The notes: generated by a model not told the origin, from the letters alone. 64,000 bases of DNA from Pedobacter sp. (GCA_050253415.1 JBFWJC010000001.1:936679-1000678); one strand, 5' to 3'; counted from the stretch's first letter, positions 9,088 to 19,274 are shown. Made by a program: numbers and translations.

Positions 9088-10794
9088 TCAGGATGATTTC
9101 GGCGGTGCCATCCTTTCCATGTAGCGATAAAGCCAGCCGCCGGCATAGAAGGTGACACCCACGATCAGAAGACAGCCGATGCGTACCGGTGTTGCGGCAT
9201 CGGCAAGATCGTGAAGTAACACTTTTAAGGCCGAAAAGATGAACAGCAGAAGGGATGAATGCCCCAGCATGCGATCCCCCAGCGTCAGGGCCAGGCCCAG
9301 GCAGATCAGTGCCAGAAGTCCCCAGGCCATGGACACGCCGAGGCTGCTGTTTAAAATCTGCCATGCCGCGGCCATGGCGGCCAGGTGGCCAAGGTAGACC
9401 AGCGCGCCCGATAACAGGCGCGTGATCCCTTCTTTTTTACGCAGCAGGGCATAGCCGGCATAAAGTTCCATAGCATGGAGCAGGGCCAGGGCTTTGTGAC
9501 CATAGATGGGTGCGGGCAGGTCGTGGCGGATGATCTGGCCGAAGTTGACCAGCCACAGCATTCCAATGGCCGCCAGTAATGGCCAGTCGGTGGAAATGTT
9601 GCGACGGCTTGCGCCCAGCCAGGCAGCAAGCACGGGCAGGGCCAGCAGGGCCAGCCAGGGCCTCCATCCGGGGGGGACCAGTTCCAGATAGCCGGCATGC
9701 ACCAGCGCCAAACTACCGTAGCAGGTCAGGATCAGGCGGCCCCCTGGTAACTCTCGTCCCAGCAATAGTCGTGGCAGCAGATAGCATAATCCAACAGCCA
9801 CTACACTAAAGAGCGCCAGCCAAGGTGCCAATTGGGGGAGATGGCGATGCAGCAGAGAATACTGCAGGATATAGAAAATCAGCAAGGCCGGCAGGTGCAT
9901 TGCGGCGCTACGCTGGTCAAGGGGGCGCTTGTGCCGCAGGGTGAAAAGGGCGGCGCAAATCCCGAAGATAACGAGTTGGGCGGTCTGGTAGCCAAGGGCC
10001 GGCAGCCACTGATGGCGCGCCGTATGCCGCCAGATGAGATCGAATCCGATGACGGCCAGGTAAAGCGATAGCAGGTAATAGCGGCGCCGGCCTGTAAAGA
10101 GAGAGAAAAGGCCGAAGCTGATGCTCCAGGTAGAAAAATACAGCATCAATGGCCAGAGCTGCTGGGGTGTGCCCTGAATGAGAAAGGGCGCAGAGTATGA
10201 GCCGACGATGGCAAAAAGGGCGTAAAGATCGCTGTCAAACATGCGGCACAACCACAGAGATGCGATGCATGTCAGGACGACACCTGCCCCGGAGGCGCCA
10301 CTGCCGATAAAGTGATAACCGAGATGCGCACTGTAAATAGATAGAAAGAGGATGACAATACCCGCGGCCGGAAGCAGGGATGCATAATGGCGGTCTTTGC
10401 GACGCAGTAACAGGCCGCAGGCGATGAGACCCAGTCCGCTGACCATGGCAAGGCCGATACGCGCCTGAGGGGGAAGCGACAGCCATCCACTTTCGTAAGC
10501 CAGTTTGATCAGGTAGGCGGCCGCCAAGACCAGGGCCATGGCTCCTCCCCAGCCGAGAAGTCGCGTAATGGCATTCCCAACTTTAGCAGTGTCACGGCTT
10601 TTGGGTGAGGCTGGCGGTCGGATGGTAGATGCGGGGCGGGTAGGTTGGTCAGCCCCCTTGTTGCGCGCCGGTTGCGGTGTGTGGAAGGAAAATGACTCTT
10701 CCGTCGCGGATGGCTGAGCCGTCAGATTCAGATGACGTTCGATCCGCTCGAGACGGCATTCCAGCTGAGACAGGCGCTGCTCCAGGCTTTCCAT
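9088..10794 (-). CDS. DUF2339 family polytopic membrane protein
   Basis: N-terminal coiled coil LEQRLSQLECRLERIE, low-complexity linker, many TM helices, C-terminal KVLLHDL...RIG; start trimmed to ATG 10794. Confidence 0.85.
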   Translation of the reverse strand: MESLEQRLSQLECRLERIERHLNLTAQPSATEESFSFHTPQPARNKGADQPTRPASTIRPPASPKSRDTAKVGNAITRLLGWGGAMALVLAAAYLIKLAYESGWLSLPPQARIGLAMVSGLGLIACGLLLRRKDRHYASLLPAAGIVILFLSIYSAHLGYHFIGSGASGAGVVLTCIASLWLCRMFDSDLYALFAIVGSYSAPFLIQGTPQQLWPLMLYFSTWSISFGLFSLFTGRRRYYLLSLYLAVIGFDLIWRHTARHQWLPALGYQTAQLVIFGICAALFTLRHKRPLDQRSAAMHLPALLIFYILQYSLLHRHLPQLAPWLALFSVVAVGLCYLLPRLLLGRELPGGRLILTCYGSLALVHAGYLELVPPGWRPWLALLALPVLAAWLGASRRNISTDWPLLAAIGMLWLVNFGQIIRHDLPAPIYGHKALALLHAMELYAGYALLRKKEGITRLLSGALVYLGHLAAMAAAWQILNSSLGVSMAWGLLALICLGLALTLGDRMLGHSSLLLFIFSALKVLLHDLADAATPVRIGCLLIVGVTFYAGGWLYRYMERMAPPKSS

Positions 10795-10954
10795 AAAAGT
10801 TGCTCCCACAAGATAATATGTATGACGAACAGAAACAGTTGCTGATACAGCAGCCGCTCTGAACGCGATAACATATGGCATCGGGAGTTGGCAACGCTTA
10901 AATGTGTTTTGTCCGGAATAACAAGAGGTTTGTTTCAGGTTATCCGGGTAGACT

Positions 10955-11227
10955 CTAAACGGGGGCAATCCCCAGTATCGCATACGATCTCTGTTTAGCG
11001 TCCGGAGTTATTTCAAAGATGCTGTTCAATTTGGAACAGGGGAACTCTATGCAGTTAGCGCAGAGGGCCTGCCTATTGCGTTGTGCGCACAAGCGGATAG
11101 GACAATCCTTGCCGCAAATGTTGGCATTTGGCCCCTCAGACCGACAACCGGTGCAATGATTTTTTTCAAATGCGGAAGCATGAAAGGCCTCGCAGTATTC
11201 GCAGTCGCGTCCACAATACCCTAGCAT
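10955..11227 (-). CDS. DUF3795-like small Cys-rich protein
   Basis: YCGRDCEYC...CTGC...C...CPIRLCA...CANCIEFPC; GAGGAGG RBS before ATG 11227. Confidence 0.85.
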   Translation of the reverse strand: MLGYCGRDCEYCEAFHASAFEKNHCTGCRSEGPNANICGKDCPIRLCAQRNRQALCANCIEFPCSKLNSIFEITPDAKQRSYAILGIAPV

Positions 11228-11681
11228 GGCGGATTTCCCTCCTCTGATATCAATAAAGGTATGCCACATTTCTTCGAGAGTTGCCATGCACCCGATGAGT
11301 GCCATGATCGTTTGAAAAATGGGCTGGAAATATGCATGAATCTCAAAGGATATTACCTTTGAGGTGGTTAATTTTTGTGAAATTAAATGAATTATAAGAA
11401 AAAAGCAATGGTTTGTTCTTGGCACATCCTTCTGGTCACAGAATTGCAAGTATGCAATAGGCGGCAACCGGGTGCTGGTTTTAGGAATCCATTGTTGACT
11501 TGCGTAGGGAAATAACCTAAACCTACAGACCTGTGGTTCTTTTGGCGGGATGTCATTGGTATATGATCGGATGGGTGTTTTGTAATATGGGTTGTGATGG
11601 CAAGTATTGATTATGTGTAAAAGAAGAGAATCCTGATCCATATTGACTTGAGTATTACCAACCATGGAGAGCTGATTTCGA

Positions 11682-12155
11682 ATGGAATATAAGGACATTA
11701 TCAAGGAAGCGGTCATTGACATATTCTCAAGCATGGTATTGCTTGATATTTCAGTGATCGAGGGGGGCACGCCTGGCCCAATAGAAGGTCCTATGCTTTC
11801 TGGCATGATCGGACTGGCCGGTGATCTTCAGGGAACCGTCCTGATTCATCTGCCTGTTCCTGTAGCCATTGACATTACCAACGCCTTTTTGGGATTGGAA
11901 ATCGACACGGTGGATGATGATGTCAAGGATGCTATTGGTGAGTTGGCGAATATGGTTGCAGGCGGGGTTAAATTTCTGGTTCCCCAGAAGGGGCAGGATA
12001 TAGAGCTGGCAATTCCATCGGTAGTGTGCGGTCAGTCCTACAGTTGCGAAGCGACAGGCAGATTTGATCGTACTTCAGTGCTTTTTGAATTAGGTTCAGG
12101 GCGTTTTATCGTAGAAATGCAAATAAAAGCCGCCAGCAGCATGCTGAGACGCTAA
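11682..12155 (+). CDS. cheX: Chemotaxis phosphatase CheX family
   Basis: SGMIGLAGDLQG, DAIGELANMVAG (E-x2-N), IPSVV. Confidence 0.88.
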   Translation: MEYKDIIKEAVIDIFSSMVLLDISVIEGGTPGPIEGPMLSGMIGLAGDLQGTVLIHLPVPVAIDITNAFLGLEIDTVDDDVKDAIGELANMVAGGVKFLVPQKGQDIELAIPSVVCGQSYSCEATGRFDRTSVLFELGSGRFIVEMQIKAASSMLRR

Positions 12156-12240
12156 GGACCGTTCTACAGTAAGGGAAGTATCTCTGAGCGAATTAAACAT
12201 AATCTTCAAGGATTTTGACTTCTTGGGAGATGCTAGCAGG

Positions 12241-12272
12241 AAAAGGACGGCCATGCGGCGGTCCTTTTTTTA
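12241..12272. terminator. Bidirectional intrinsic terminator
   Basis: aaaaggac...gtccttttttt between convergent genes. Confidence 0.7.
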
Positions 12273-12325
12273 TGGTGAAATGATATGCCGGGAGAGATTC
12301 GCATCGGCAGGCGTAGACGCATCGG

Positions 12326-12508
12326 TCAGGTATTAGGTTGCATGGCGCATTTACGGCGGAAGATGGCGCAGGCTTGAAAATTGCCGACACAGAAAAGCAC
12401 GGTGTTTTGAATGTCGCTGCTGGTCATTTTCATGAAATAACACTCCTCGTGTTCTTCCTTGACCAGCGGGCATAGGTGATTTCCTGTGTTGATTGATGGC
12501 AACGTCAA
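12326..12508 (-). CDS. Small Cys-rich hypothetical protein
   Basis: CPL..E.HEECY..M.S.DI.....FC..NF..C..F; lies between a sigma54 site and a terminator. Confidence 0.6.
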   Translation of the reverse strand: MTLPSINTGNHLCPLVKEEHEECYFMKMTSSDIQNTVLFCVGNFQACAIFRRKCAMQPNT

Positions 12509-12610
12509 ACCCTAACTATCAGCCGATGCCAGGTAGTCCGGCATAGTATTTTAATTGTTGGAGGGTAGCTGTGCAGGCGAGCGGGCCTGCTCCTTCAGAT
12601 AAGGTGAATT

Positions 12611-12626
12611 AGCAACCTTTATGCCA
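12611..12626 (-). promoter_or_regulatory. Sigma54 -24/-12 promoter
   Basis: Minus strand TGGCATAAAGGTTGCT (GG-N10-GC). Confidence 0.75.
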
Positions 12627-13209
12627 GTTGCCGAAACTTGGTGCAAATCGCGGGATATTGTGCCTTGAAAAAGTGATTTGCGACGAGCGGGTATACGTTA
12701 TTCAAGAGAAGAATTTGTTGTCGCCAAGGCTGTGGATCTCAGGTTTGAGCGAGGTTAGAGCGCTTTGTGTGTCAGTGTGTCGCTGTGTATTGGCGCGGCA
12801 CGAGTGTGACAGGTTAAAAGAAGTGCTGGATAGTGTTTCAGGCTTAGTGGCCTGAGAAAAATGTTTCAAGTGTGTGGCAAGTGCCCCAGGCAATGTCAGC
12901 ATTTTTGGGTCATGTCACATACGATCGCGTATGAAATCTCCTGTATCCGGTAACCGTAAGCACGGTCACTTATCTGGCGAATTATTATGCATGGACGGGG
13001 TGTGTTTGCCGGACGCATTTCCTGGCGAACCGGCAAGTGGTTTATGCAGGTAAACGTGGCAAATAAGCCAGAGAAATTTGTGTGTCTGGCAAGGCGACGC
13101 AAAAATTGCCTATTGGCGCTTCAAGTCAAGTTGGCACAACCCCGCAATGCTTGATGCGGGTCGGCATTCGATTTCAGCATCAAGGTACGCAGGGTTTGCG
13201 AGGGGGCGG

Positions 13210-13587
13210 TTATCTTGCAAGCCAATGGAGGGCGTGATCCCGGTCAAAGAAGAAATTGAGGCGGTCTGTTTGTTCCGCTTGAATTTGCATCAGGGACAGG
13301 ACGCTTTCGTTGAAACGGTGCTGATCTGAAAACAATAAGGCGGTTCTTTGGGATTGCCCCAAAAACATCTGGTAGGCACTGCCCAGAGTGTCGTTGGTGT
13401 CGCCAGAGGCCAGAGCCGTTGTCTTGCGCTTATCTATGAGAACCTTGTTGATCTTCTGTGTTTGGGCCAGTGCCAGGGTTTCGGACAGAGCACTGATAAT
13501 GTTCTGTTCGGTAAAGGGTCCGTAAATCTCGAGTTGAATGATCTCGGGTTCTTGAAGAGTTGATATTTGCCAGCCTGAATGGGCCAT
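13210..13587 (-). CDS. STAS/SpoIIAA-like small protein
   Basis: KVLIDKR, RTALL, C-terminal FFDRDHALHWL. Confidence 0.75.
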   Translation of the reverse strand: MAHSGWQISTLQEPEIIQLEIYGPFTEQNIISALSETLALAQTQKINKVLIDKRKTTALASGDTNDTLGSAYQMFLGQSQRTALLFSDQHRFNESVLSLMQIQAEQTDRLNFFFDRDHALHWLAR

Positions 13588-13648
13588 GTTGTTACTCGAT
13601 ACTGGTTTGAGGTGTTATAGCTGCTATCCGGGAACTGGCAGGATACAA

Positions 13649-13664
13649 CGCAAAACTGAGGCCA
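13649..13664 (-). promoter_or_regulatory. Sigma54 -24/-12 promoter
   Basis: Minus strand TGGCCTCAGTTTTGCG (GG-N10-GC). Confidence 0.65.
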
Positions 13665-13932
13665 GATAAGCCAGTTCCGTCCAGCTACCTGTCGATAATT
13701 TGATCTTGCGTTGAAAATGATATGTAATTTTAGGGAATTACCAGAGGGAAGAAGTATCGAAAGTTATTTTGGAGCGCCGTGAATTGGTAGGCATGCATAG
13801 GGTTACGCTATGACGCAGTGCCATTTTATGAAACAAGAATCTAAAAATGGGACAGTCTGGAGCGCAATATACCAGGGGGGGGAAGCCCATGTCGCTGGTA
13901 TGTGAAAGCTCTGTGCAACGATGGGCTATTTT

Positions 13933-15969
13933 TCAAGCAGGGAGATCGTTGTCTCGGGCTACCTGATTTCGGCCGTGTTTTTTAGCCTGGTAGAGGGTCT
14001 GATTGGCTCTGACAATCAGTTGTTCGTAGTTGTTGTCCTTGCTCGGTTGCATGCTGGCTATACCGACACTGACCGTGACCACACCTTTTACGTCTTCGCC
14101 GGCATGGGGAATCTGTAGCGCCTCCACCATTTGTCGAATCTTTTCGGCAAGAGGGTAGGCTGAATCGGTATCGCTATCAGGAAGAATCACTGCAAACTGT
14201 TCTCCACCGAAGCGTGAGATACGTTCTTCGTCATTAGGGGTGGCCTCTACCAGCGTTTGGGCAATTTTTTTGAGACACTGGTCCCCGGCCTGATAACCGT
14301 AGGAATTGTTGAAATGCTTGAAGCGATCCATGTCGACGAGGATTAACGCCAGGGGGGTTCCCTTTTGTCTGGCGCGCTGCCAGTAAGAAGGCAGGGCGGC
14401 ATCGAAACTGCGGCGGTTTGCTATGTCGGTCAAGGGGTCGAGCATGGCAAGTCTTCGCAGAAACTGTTGGGCGCGGCGCCGTTGCTGAACTTCCAATTCA
14501 AGTTTTATGTTGGTTTGTGCCAACGTTTCTGTGCGTTCGTTGACCCGTTGTTCCAGTTCGCCGCGAATGATACGCAATTGTTCCAGGGCGTCGGCCAGTT
14601 TTCGCGTTCGGACATTGAACCAGTATGCAAAGGTTCCGAATTCATTGCGAAAATCGTCTTTTAGACACAGCATTTCCTCAGCGTTGATGTCCACGGCATT
14701 CTTTAACTGATGGGTGATGCGGGATAAAGGGCGCATGAGCATGCTGTTGAGAGTGAGAAACGCTCCGATAACCGCTGCCGATACACAGATAATCAGTGCC
14801 GCCAGTATGGCATGATAGATAACGGTGGCGGCGGACATGGCATGACTCACCGGTGTCACGGTGACGATTTTCCAGTAGGTGTTGGGTACGTGGAAAATAG
14901 CGATGCTGCACGGTTCCTTCAGGAGAAGGTCGTCGGGCGTCGTGAAGTGTTTCAGAAGAATCTCTTCGTTGTTGCCACCGGGCCAGGGATCTTGGAGAAC
15001 GGCAGCGATAAGCTCGGCTTCTTCTGTCGATACCTGGCTGCCGTCGTTGGCAATGACTTCGGCAATGCGGCGATCATACAAGTTGGACTGTTTCGCTTTC
15101 TTTAGCAGATCGCTGCTGCTGTCATAGAGAGCCTTCGCCAGAGGCGCGAATGTCGGTTGTCGGTCTGCAAGGTTGCGAGCCAGGATATATTCGATGTGCT
15201 TCCGTCCAAATTTGTCCTGGGTGGTATCACGGGTGATGGTCACATCGGGAAAGGAAAGAAATTTGCCGTTGCGGTCGACGGCAAAAGCATATCCGCCCAT
15301 TTTTTTTGCCTGCGCATCGAAAAATGCTTCGAGTCCCGCCAGCTTAAGGTCGACGGTGACCACGCCCACAAAGTGATTATCCCGATAGATGGGGGCCGTA
15401 CAGGTAACCATGGGGACCGAGGTGTGTGGGTCGACGTATGACTTGGACCAGAAAACCTGATCCGGCTTTAAAAAACGACCCGGAACGTACCACTCCTCAT
15501 GATGATATCCGGGGCTACGAGGGTCGTTGTAATCTTCTACAAACTCAAGGGTGCCTTTGGCATTACGTCCCCAGAAAAAACTACGCCGTTCACGGTTGGC
15601 GTCGAAGGCATACGGTTCGTACCACACTCCGCCGCCTATAATGAATGAAGATGGACCAAGTTCATCGATGAGGCGTGGAATTATTTTCATGTGATCCTGC
15701 GCCCTGAGGGGCAGGTTTGCACTGGTGGTTGCAAGGGCTCGTGCCAGGGTTTCGGCGACCGCCAGACGCTCGCCGAGCTGGGCTACCATGGTGTTTCCGA
15801 CCTGATTGACCATCCGAAAGGATTGTTCCTCCAGGCGTGGTCGGCCGATGGTATCCATGATGATGGTGAGACTGACCACCAGCACGGCAAGCAGCAGGAG
15901 AAACAGCAAGGGGGTGCGAAACAGAAGACTGTTATACCAACGCACAGAAAAAGCGTTCCTTTCGTTCAT
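13933..15969 (-). CDS. Membrane dCache sensor with a degenerate GGDEF domain
   Basis: Two TMs flanking a Cache domain; DPLTDIANRR, DMDRFK, RFGGEQF, TVSVGIA, LYQAK..GRN. Confidence 0.9.
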   Translation of the reverse strand: MNERNAFSVRWYNSLLFRTPLLFLLLLAVLVVSLTIIMDTIGRPRLEEQSFRMVNQVGNTMVAQLGERLAVAETLARALATTSANLPLRAQDHMKIIPRLIDELGPSSFIIGGGVWYEPYAFDANRERRSFFWGRNAKGTLEFVEDYNDPRSPGYHHEEWYVPGRFLKPDQVFWSKSYVDPHTSVPMVTCTAPIYRDNHFVGVVTVDLKLAGLEAFFDAQAKKMGGYAFAVDRNGKFLSFPDVTITRDTTQDKFGRKHIEYILARNLADRQPTFAPLAKALYDSSSDLLKKAKQSNLYDRRIAEVIANDGSQVSTEEAELIAAVLQDPWPGGNNEEILLKHFTTPDDLLLKEPCSIAIFHVPNTYWKIVTVTPVSHAMSAATVIYHAILAALIICVSAAVIGAFLTLNSMLMRPLSRITHQLKNAVDINAEEMLCLKDDFRNEFGTFAYWFNVRTRKLADALEQLRIIRGELEQRVNERTETLAQTNIKLELEVQQRRRAQQFLRRLAMLDPLTDIANRRSFDAALPSYWQRARQKGTPLALILVDMDRFKHFNNSYGYQAGDQCLKKIAQTLVEATPNDEERISRFGGEQFAVILPDSDTDSAYPLAEKIRQMVEALQIPHAGEDVKGVVTVSVGIASMQPSKDNNYEQLIVRANQTLYQAKKHGRNQVARDNDLPA

Positions 15970-16259
15970 GTATAGCCTCTGAGGGGGAAAATATAAGAAC
16001 TAAATATTTCTACCTGCGAGGGAAGGCGATCAAAATGCCCGCCAGTTATCCTGAGTGATCTTTCTGCGGAGCATACCATACAGCCGTGGGACGAAACATC
16101 CCTTTTTTCTGTTTTGATTTTGTCTCTCTGACCATGGTTTTTCATTAGACATATCCACCTTCTTCGGATAGGTGCGTACCTATAATCCTTTGTAGGTAAA
16201 CCTTTTGAAAACAGCTCCGTCTATGCAATCAACTATCCTGCAAACCAAAGGAGCTTGAA

Positions 16260-16649
16260 ATGAAACAAACGACGATTGGTATCTTTGTGCTGTTTGCCTG
16301 CATGGCTATTTTCTCCGGCAACGGTATGGCTGCTACATCAAAGGACACGAACAATATTGAAAGCAGACATGAGTATCGTCACGATCGACGCCAGGACCGG
16401 CGAGAGCTGCATCGTGAGCTTGCAAAAGATACTCAACGATACCAACAGCAGAGGCGTCACGATCTGCGAAAATTACGGTGTGCGAATTCCTCTGAATCGC
16501 GACACAGTTATCGGCATGACCTGCGTCATGACCGTCGTAACTACAGAGCCGACAAAAAAGGGGCTATCCGGCATTACAGGCATGACCGTCATGTCGCAAA
16601 ATGCGAGTTTCGTAGCAAGCGCCACATGACATGGTATTCAATGCGCTGA
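16260..16649 (+). CDS. Exported Arg/His/Asp-rich repeat protein
   Basis: Signal peptide, AGGAG RBS, repeated RHxxRHDRR/RHDLR units. Confidence 0.7.
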   Translation: MKQTTIGIFVLFACMAIFSGNGMAATSKDTNNIESRHEYRHDRRQDRRELHRELAKDTQRYQQQRRHDLRKLRCANSSESRHSYRHDLRHDRRNYRADKKGAIRHYRHDRHVAKCEFRSKRHMTWYSMR

Positions 16650-16786
16650 TCAGCTCTGGCTGGGGGCGTTGTGTGTAAGGGGTACCTTGGTATGGTGTCC
16701 AAAGGATTTTCATTGACTAAGGGGTGATAGTGCTGTTAACCTGAGCTATTAAAACTGCTTTCCCTGCAAAACACGAAATCATTCGT

Positions 16787-16818
16787 AGGCCCCGGAACGC
16801 ATCCGGGGCTTTTGTTTT
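16787..16818 (+). terminator. Terminator-like hairpin just upstream of the DEAD-box helicase start
   Basis: aggccccgga-acgca-tccggggctt followed by ttgtttt. Confidence 0.6.
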
Positions 16819-16839
16819 ATCTGGTTTAAAAAGGACACT

Positions 16840-18141
16840 ATGGACTTCAACACATTTGATTTTCACCCGCAGATCGCCAAAGGCATTGTTGCCGCGGGTT
16901 ATGTTTCACCGACACCGATACAGGCTCAGGCCATACCCTCTGTTCTGGCCGGCCGGGATGTTATGGGCCTGGCCCAGACCGGTACGGGTAAGACTGCTGC
17001 TTTTGCGCTGCCGATATTGCAGCGCCTGATAAAAGGTTCCCGAGGCGGTGTGCGTGCCTTGGTGGTTGCGCCCACACGCGAACTGGCCGAACAGATTCAT
17101 CAAGCAATTAGCGATCTGGGGGCAGAAACCGGATTGCGAAGCATGACGATTTATGGCGGCGTCAACATCCGGCCGCAAATCACCGCGCTGAAACGAGGCG
17201 TTGACATTGTGGTGGCCTGCCCCGGCCGTTTGATCGATCACATCGGCCAGGGGACCATCGATCTTTCAAAGGTTGAGGCGCTGGTGCTGGACGAAGCCGA
17301 CCAGATGTTCGATATGGGCTTCTTCCCCGCAATTCGGCGCATTCTGCAAAATTTGCCTAAAAAGCGGCAGACACTGTTGTTTTCCGCCACCATGCCCGAT
17401 GAAATCCGGCGGTTGTCCGCCGAAGTTCTGTTTCAGCCGGTGACTGTGCAGGTCGGAAATACCGCTCCGGCCGAAACCGTCAGCCATGCCCTGTATCCGG
17501 TTGCTCAACATCAAAAAACCGCCATGTTGCTGGAATTGCTTTCGGGAGACAGTACCGAGTCGGTGCTGGTCTTTACCCGCACCAAGCACCGCGCCAAGCG
17601 GTTGGGTTTGCAACTCGACAAGGCTGGGTATCGGGCTGCTTCCTTGCAGGGCAACCTATCCCAGTCCCGCCGCCAGGAGGCCTTGTCGGGGTTTCGTGAC
17701 GGGAAATACCAGGTTTTGGTAGCGACCGATATTGCCGCGCGTGGCATCGACGTATCCCAGGTATCCCATGTCATCAATTATGATATTCCCGACACTCCCG
17801 AGGCCTATGTGCATCGCATCGGCCGTACCGGCCGGGCATCACGCAAAGGCGACGCTTATACGCTGGTTTCCGGCGAGGATAATGCGATGGTTCGGGCTAT
17901 TGAAAAAGTATTGAAGGCCCCTATTGAGCGCCGCACCATCGATGGTTTTGATTACAATGCTCCGGCTCCGCCGCGGGCTGCCGATGGCGATCGTGATAAT
18001 GCCGCAAGGCGGACTCCGCGGGGTGGAAAATCCTCCAAGCCTGCAGCAGGAAAAGCTGGCGGGCAAGCGCGCCGGCAACGTTCATCCAGCTCTGCTCCGT
18101 CGCGCAGCAACTCAAGCAGGGGGCGCAAACCCGCCCAGTAA
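16840..18141 (+). CDS. rhlE: DEAD-box RNA helicase, RhlE-like
   Basis: Q motif PTPIQ, AQTGTGKT, PTRELA, DEAD, SAT, ARGID, HRIGRTGR; basic C-terminal tail. Confidence 0.93.
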   Translation: MDFNTFDFHPQIAKGIVAAGYVSPTPIQAQAIPSVLAGRDVMGLAQTGTGKTAAFALPILQRLIKGSRGGVRALVVAPTRELAEQIHQAISDLGAETGLRSMTIYGGVNIRPQITALKRGVDIVVACPGRLIDHIGQGTIDLSKVEALVLDEADQMFDMGFFPAIRRILQNLPKKRQTLLFSATMPDEIRRLSAEVLFQPVTVQVGNTAPAETVSHALYPVAQHQKTAMLLELLSGDSTESVLVFTRTKHRAKRLGLQLDKAGYRAASLQGNLSQSRRQEALSGFRDGKYQVLVATDIAARGIDVSQVSHVINYDIPDTPEAYVHRIGRTGRASRKGDAYTLVSGEDNAMVRAIEKVLKAPIERRTIDGFDYNAPAPPRAADGDRDNAARRTPRGGKSSKPAAGKAGGQARRQRSSSSAPSRSNSSRGRKPAQ

Positions 18142-18183
18142 CGATAGTTAGCTCGGTAGGATAAGGGCAGTGGATAAAAAAAT

Positions 18184-18219
18184 AAAAAGGGATCGGCTTG
18201 AAAAAGCCGATCCCTTTTT
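18184..18219. terminator. Bidirectional intrinsic terminator
   Basis: aaaaagggatcggctt-gaaa-aagccgatcccttttt. Confidence 0.9.
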
Positions 18220-18245
18220 ACGTTAAGAGGTCGTGACGAAAGCTG

Positions 18246-18860
18246 TCAATCCCGAACCAGAGCGATACGTAACCCCAGCGCAATCATTGCACCGCCGAAA
18301 ATGCGATTGATAAGGGTGTTGAAGCGGGACAGACTGCGTCTTATCAACGCATGCTGAACGAGCAGTGTAAATAGTGACCATCCGCACAAGGAGGTTAGTA
18401 CGATGACTGCCCCATAGGTGGTTTTCATCCATGATGAATCGTGCGGATCGATGAACTGGGTGAATATGCTGAAAATATAGATGGTGACCTTGGGGTTGAG
18501 AAGGTTGCAGAAAAAACCATCGCGTAGGCCTTGCATGGCTGATCGGTGCACCAGGGATTCAAAGTCATCCAGATTGAGGGCGCCACGAAATTTGAGAGCT
18601 CTGATACCAATAAAGACCAGATAGCCTGCACCGAGCAGGCGCACTGCATCGTAAATATAAATGTTTCGCGTGATCAACCAGGCCAGCCCGGCAACCGCCA
18701 GCGTGACATGGACCAGCAAACCGCCACAGATACCGAGCACCGTGGCAAATCCGACCCGGCGGCCTCCGGTCAGACCGTTGCGGATCAGTAGCAACATGTC
18801 CGGGCCGGGACTGGCCATGGCGATCAGGGTGATGCCGGCAAGCAATGCGAACTTTTCCAT
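18246..18860 (-). CDS. LysE/RhtB family translocator
   Basis: SPGPD, GAGYL..IG, GFFCNLLNPK; start trimmed to ATG 18860. Confidence 0.9.
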   Translation of the reverse strand: MEKFALLAGITLIAMASPGPDMLLLIRNGLTGGRRVGFATVLGICGGLLVHVTLAVAGLAWLITRNIYIYDAVRLLGAGYLVFIGIRALKFRGALNLDDFESLVHRSAMQGLRDGFFCNLLNPKVTIYIFSIFTQFIDPHDSSWMKTTYGAVIVLTSLCGWSLFTLLVQHALIRRSLSRFNTLINRIFGGAMIALGLRIALVRD

Positions 18861-19274
18861 GACAGGCAGCCTTTTATGATTAGGTGGATATTGATGGCCT
18901 TTTAACCGGAAAAGCCTAACGTATTTATTGATTCTCAGCAAGACTTCGTGTGTTTTAGGAACGTCATCTGTATTGCTTGAGAATGGTTCTTTGGGTGTGG
19001 TTTGGCTGAGAAATGGGAATTATTGCCAATAAGGGAATTATTGATTTGCGTTTTATCAATGTCTATCTGGATAAAATTTTATCTGATTAGTGTTAACAGT
19101 GTTTTGCCCTGATGAAGAGAGTGACTTCCTCGACCTCCAGCCTTGTTTGATGATTTTTTGCGACAGATAATGGTACCTGCCAGGTCATGTATTTTTAAAA
19201 CAAAGTTATTATTAAAATGATTGACAATGTCTGTATATGAATTAGTTTCTGTAAAAAATAAGTTCATAACAATG

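Noticed and set aside
9088..11806. Long N-terminal extensions given by the ORF track (631-aa and 283-aa ORFs)
   Set aside because: They overlap neighbouring genes; RBS and family motifs support starts at 10794 and 11227
13131..13146. TTGGCACAACCCCGCA sigma54-like site
   Set aside because: GG-GC spacing is 9 rather than 10, and no co-oriented gene follows
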